Source: a virus (Duplodnaviria; Heunggongvirae; Uroviricota; Caudoviricetes). Taken from it: a DNA stretch of 16,544 nt. Positions 15,315 through 16,544 of this stretch are shown one piece after another. Location: IMG/VR virus record IMGVR_UViG_2695420569_000027; one strand, given 5' to 3'. The notes below the pieces were generated by a model. The model saw only the letters and a program-made list of their open reading frames with translations, did not search any database and had not been told where the DNA came from. Position 1 is the first letter of the stretch. Every line of letters starts with the position of its first letter. The position numbers and the translations under genes are program-made.

Positions 15315-16544
15315 TTATTTTCTTCTGGCTACTGGTAGCGTGGTTACGTTTTCATGTGTTCCCGCCAGTATCCCTAACCGCTCCGTCCACATATCCAGCG
15401 CATTGCGTTTCGCATCCAGATAACGGGAATGATTATAAACTCGCTGCATTCCTGGCATCTGGTGGCCTGTAAGCTGCTCCACGACATGCGGATCAACGCC
15501 TAAATCGTTCAGCATGGTTGTAAAGGTGCGCCGGATGTCATGCAGTGACCAGTGAGGGTGATTAAGCCTCCTGTGCGCTAATCTTCCATACTGCGATACG
15601 CTGGCCTCCTGTTTCACTTCCCCCAGCAATAAGCCCGTGTGCCTGTTCTGCTCCACCAGCTGCGTGATGAACGGCAGTATTGCTTCCGGTATAGGCCGGA
15701 ATATGGCTACCTTCGTTTTGCTGTGCTCCTTCGGAACGGTCCAGAGCATTTCGGTAAAATCCCACTCGCTGATCTCCGATAACCTCAGTTCTACCGTCCG
15801 GCATCCGAACACAATCAGGAGGCGGATTAACGCGATGTAGTAGGGGGAGAATATTTTTTTGTCCAGTGCCTGCAATAATTCGCCCAGTTCTTTGGTGCTT
15901 AAGACACGCTCGCTTATATCCGGTTTTTTCCCAACGTCCGCCACACTCATATCATCAAGAACGTTGCTGATTGCATAGCGCCGCCTCCGGCAGAACTTAA
16001 GCGCCTGTTTGCACGTCTGTAGCAAGAATCCGGCAGTAACAGGCGTTCGCTTTGCCACCTGGTCAAAACAGGCCAGCCAGTGCCGTAGCTCGCATTTATC
16101 CAGCGGCATAGCACCAATGTGCTGTATTACGTGATTATTAAGGCGCTTTTTCAGGGCGGCATAATCCACGCGGTTTTCCTTTGCGTACGACTCAAGCCAG
16201 TAGGTGAGCGCATCGCCAACCGTTACCGGCTTTAACGCTTCCTGTACGGTGTAATTAAGCTCATGACGTGGATTTTTCCCCTCTGCCAGCCATGCGCGAC
16301 ACTGGGCGGCTTTTTCCCTGGCTGATTTCAGGCTCAGATCAGGATAATTTCCCAGCTTAATGCGTTCCGGTGGTGCCCCCCTTCCCGTTCCGGCCCTGTA
16401 AGTGAAATACCAGGTTAAAAGGCCACTGGTTGAATGCCTGACGCTCAGGTTTCCACCGTCATTAAGAAAGGCTGTTTTTTGGGCGGGTGTGCCGTTGATT
16501 TTCCTCAGCTGTGTATCGCTCAGTTTGTTAAGTGCTCTGCTCAT
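15315..16544 (-). CDS. int: Tyrosine integrase, P4-type (N-terminal arm-binding domain)
   Basis: 409 aa; the start codon is the final three bases of the window. N-terminal arm-DNA-binding-like region (LSVRHSTSGLLTWYFTYR) and catalytic residues in the C-terminal half (HDIRRTF, then Y in VYNHSRYL). Confidence 0.93.
   Translation of the reverse strand: MSRALNKLSDTQLRKINGTPAQKTAFLNDGGNLSVRHSTSGLLTWYFTYRAGTGRGAPPERIKLGNYPDLSLKSAREKAAQCRAWLAEGKNPRHELNYTVQEALKPVTVGDALTYWLESYAKENRVDYAALKKRLNNHVIQHIGAMPLDKCELRHWLACFDQVAKRTPVTAGFLLQTCKQALKFCRRRRYAISNVLDDMSVADVGKKPDISERVLSTKELGELLQALDKKIFSPYYIALIRLLIVFGCRTVELRLSEISEWDFTEMLWTVPKEHSKTKVAIFRPIPEAILPFITQLVEQNRHTGLLLGEVKQEASVSQYGRLAHRRLNHPHWSLHDIRRTFTTMLNDLGVDPHVVEQLTGHQMPGMQRVYNHSRYLDAKRNALDMWTERLGILAGTHENVTTLPVARRK

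Larger units (their letters stand above)
2100..16544. mobile_element. Phage satellite island, capsid-forming PICI (cf-PICI)-like; left end approximate, right end beyond the window
   Basis: Contiguous minus-strand module: int, alpA, rep (AAA_25), ori iterons, ssb, then HK97-type capsid/protease/portal/adaptor/connector/HNH/terS/terL, with no tail or lysis genes. It lies immediately after the chromosomal gene phoQ. Confidence 0.7.

Noticed and set aside
15223-15423. 66-aa plus-strand ORF (MFVVVPHCCSLLHVV...)
   Set aside because: It is generated by translating the 10-bp phased TTGTTC repeats and overlaps the integrase 3' end on the opposite strand; a repeat artefact.

Overview
This window reads as an Escherichia/Shigella-type chromosome carrying the phoPQ locus followed by a phage satellite island. 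At the left edge (1-487) are two insertion-sequence remnants: a 3' fragment of an IS256-family transposase and a 3'-truncated IS66-family tnpA. They are fused to the last ~35 codons of phoP, so the response regulator is destroyed while the sensor kinase gene phoQ (593-2053) is intact. From about 2.1 kb to the window end the genes are almost all on the minus strand. Read 5'->3' they run: P4-type integrase (starts on the last base of the window), alpA, a divergent Arc-like ribbon-helix-helix gene with paired palindromic operators, a block of small ORFs, an AAA_25/RecA-like replication protein, an iteron cluster (candidate ori), SSB, a PerC-like regulator, then an HK97-type head and cos-packaging module (major capsid, prohead protease, portal, adaptor, connector, HNH nuclease, TerS, TerL). 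There are no tail, tape-measure or lysis genes. This architecture matches the capsid-forming phage-inducible chromosomal island (cf-PICI) class. All calls rest on reading the supplied translations and sequence by eye; no database search was run.
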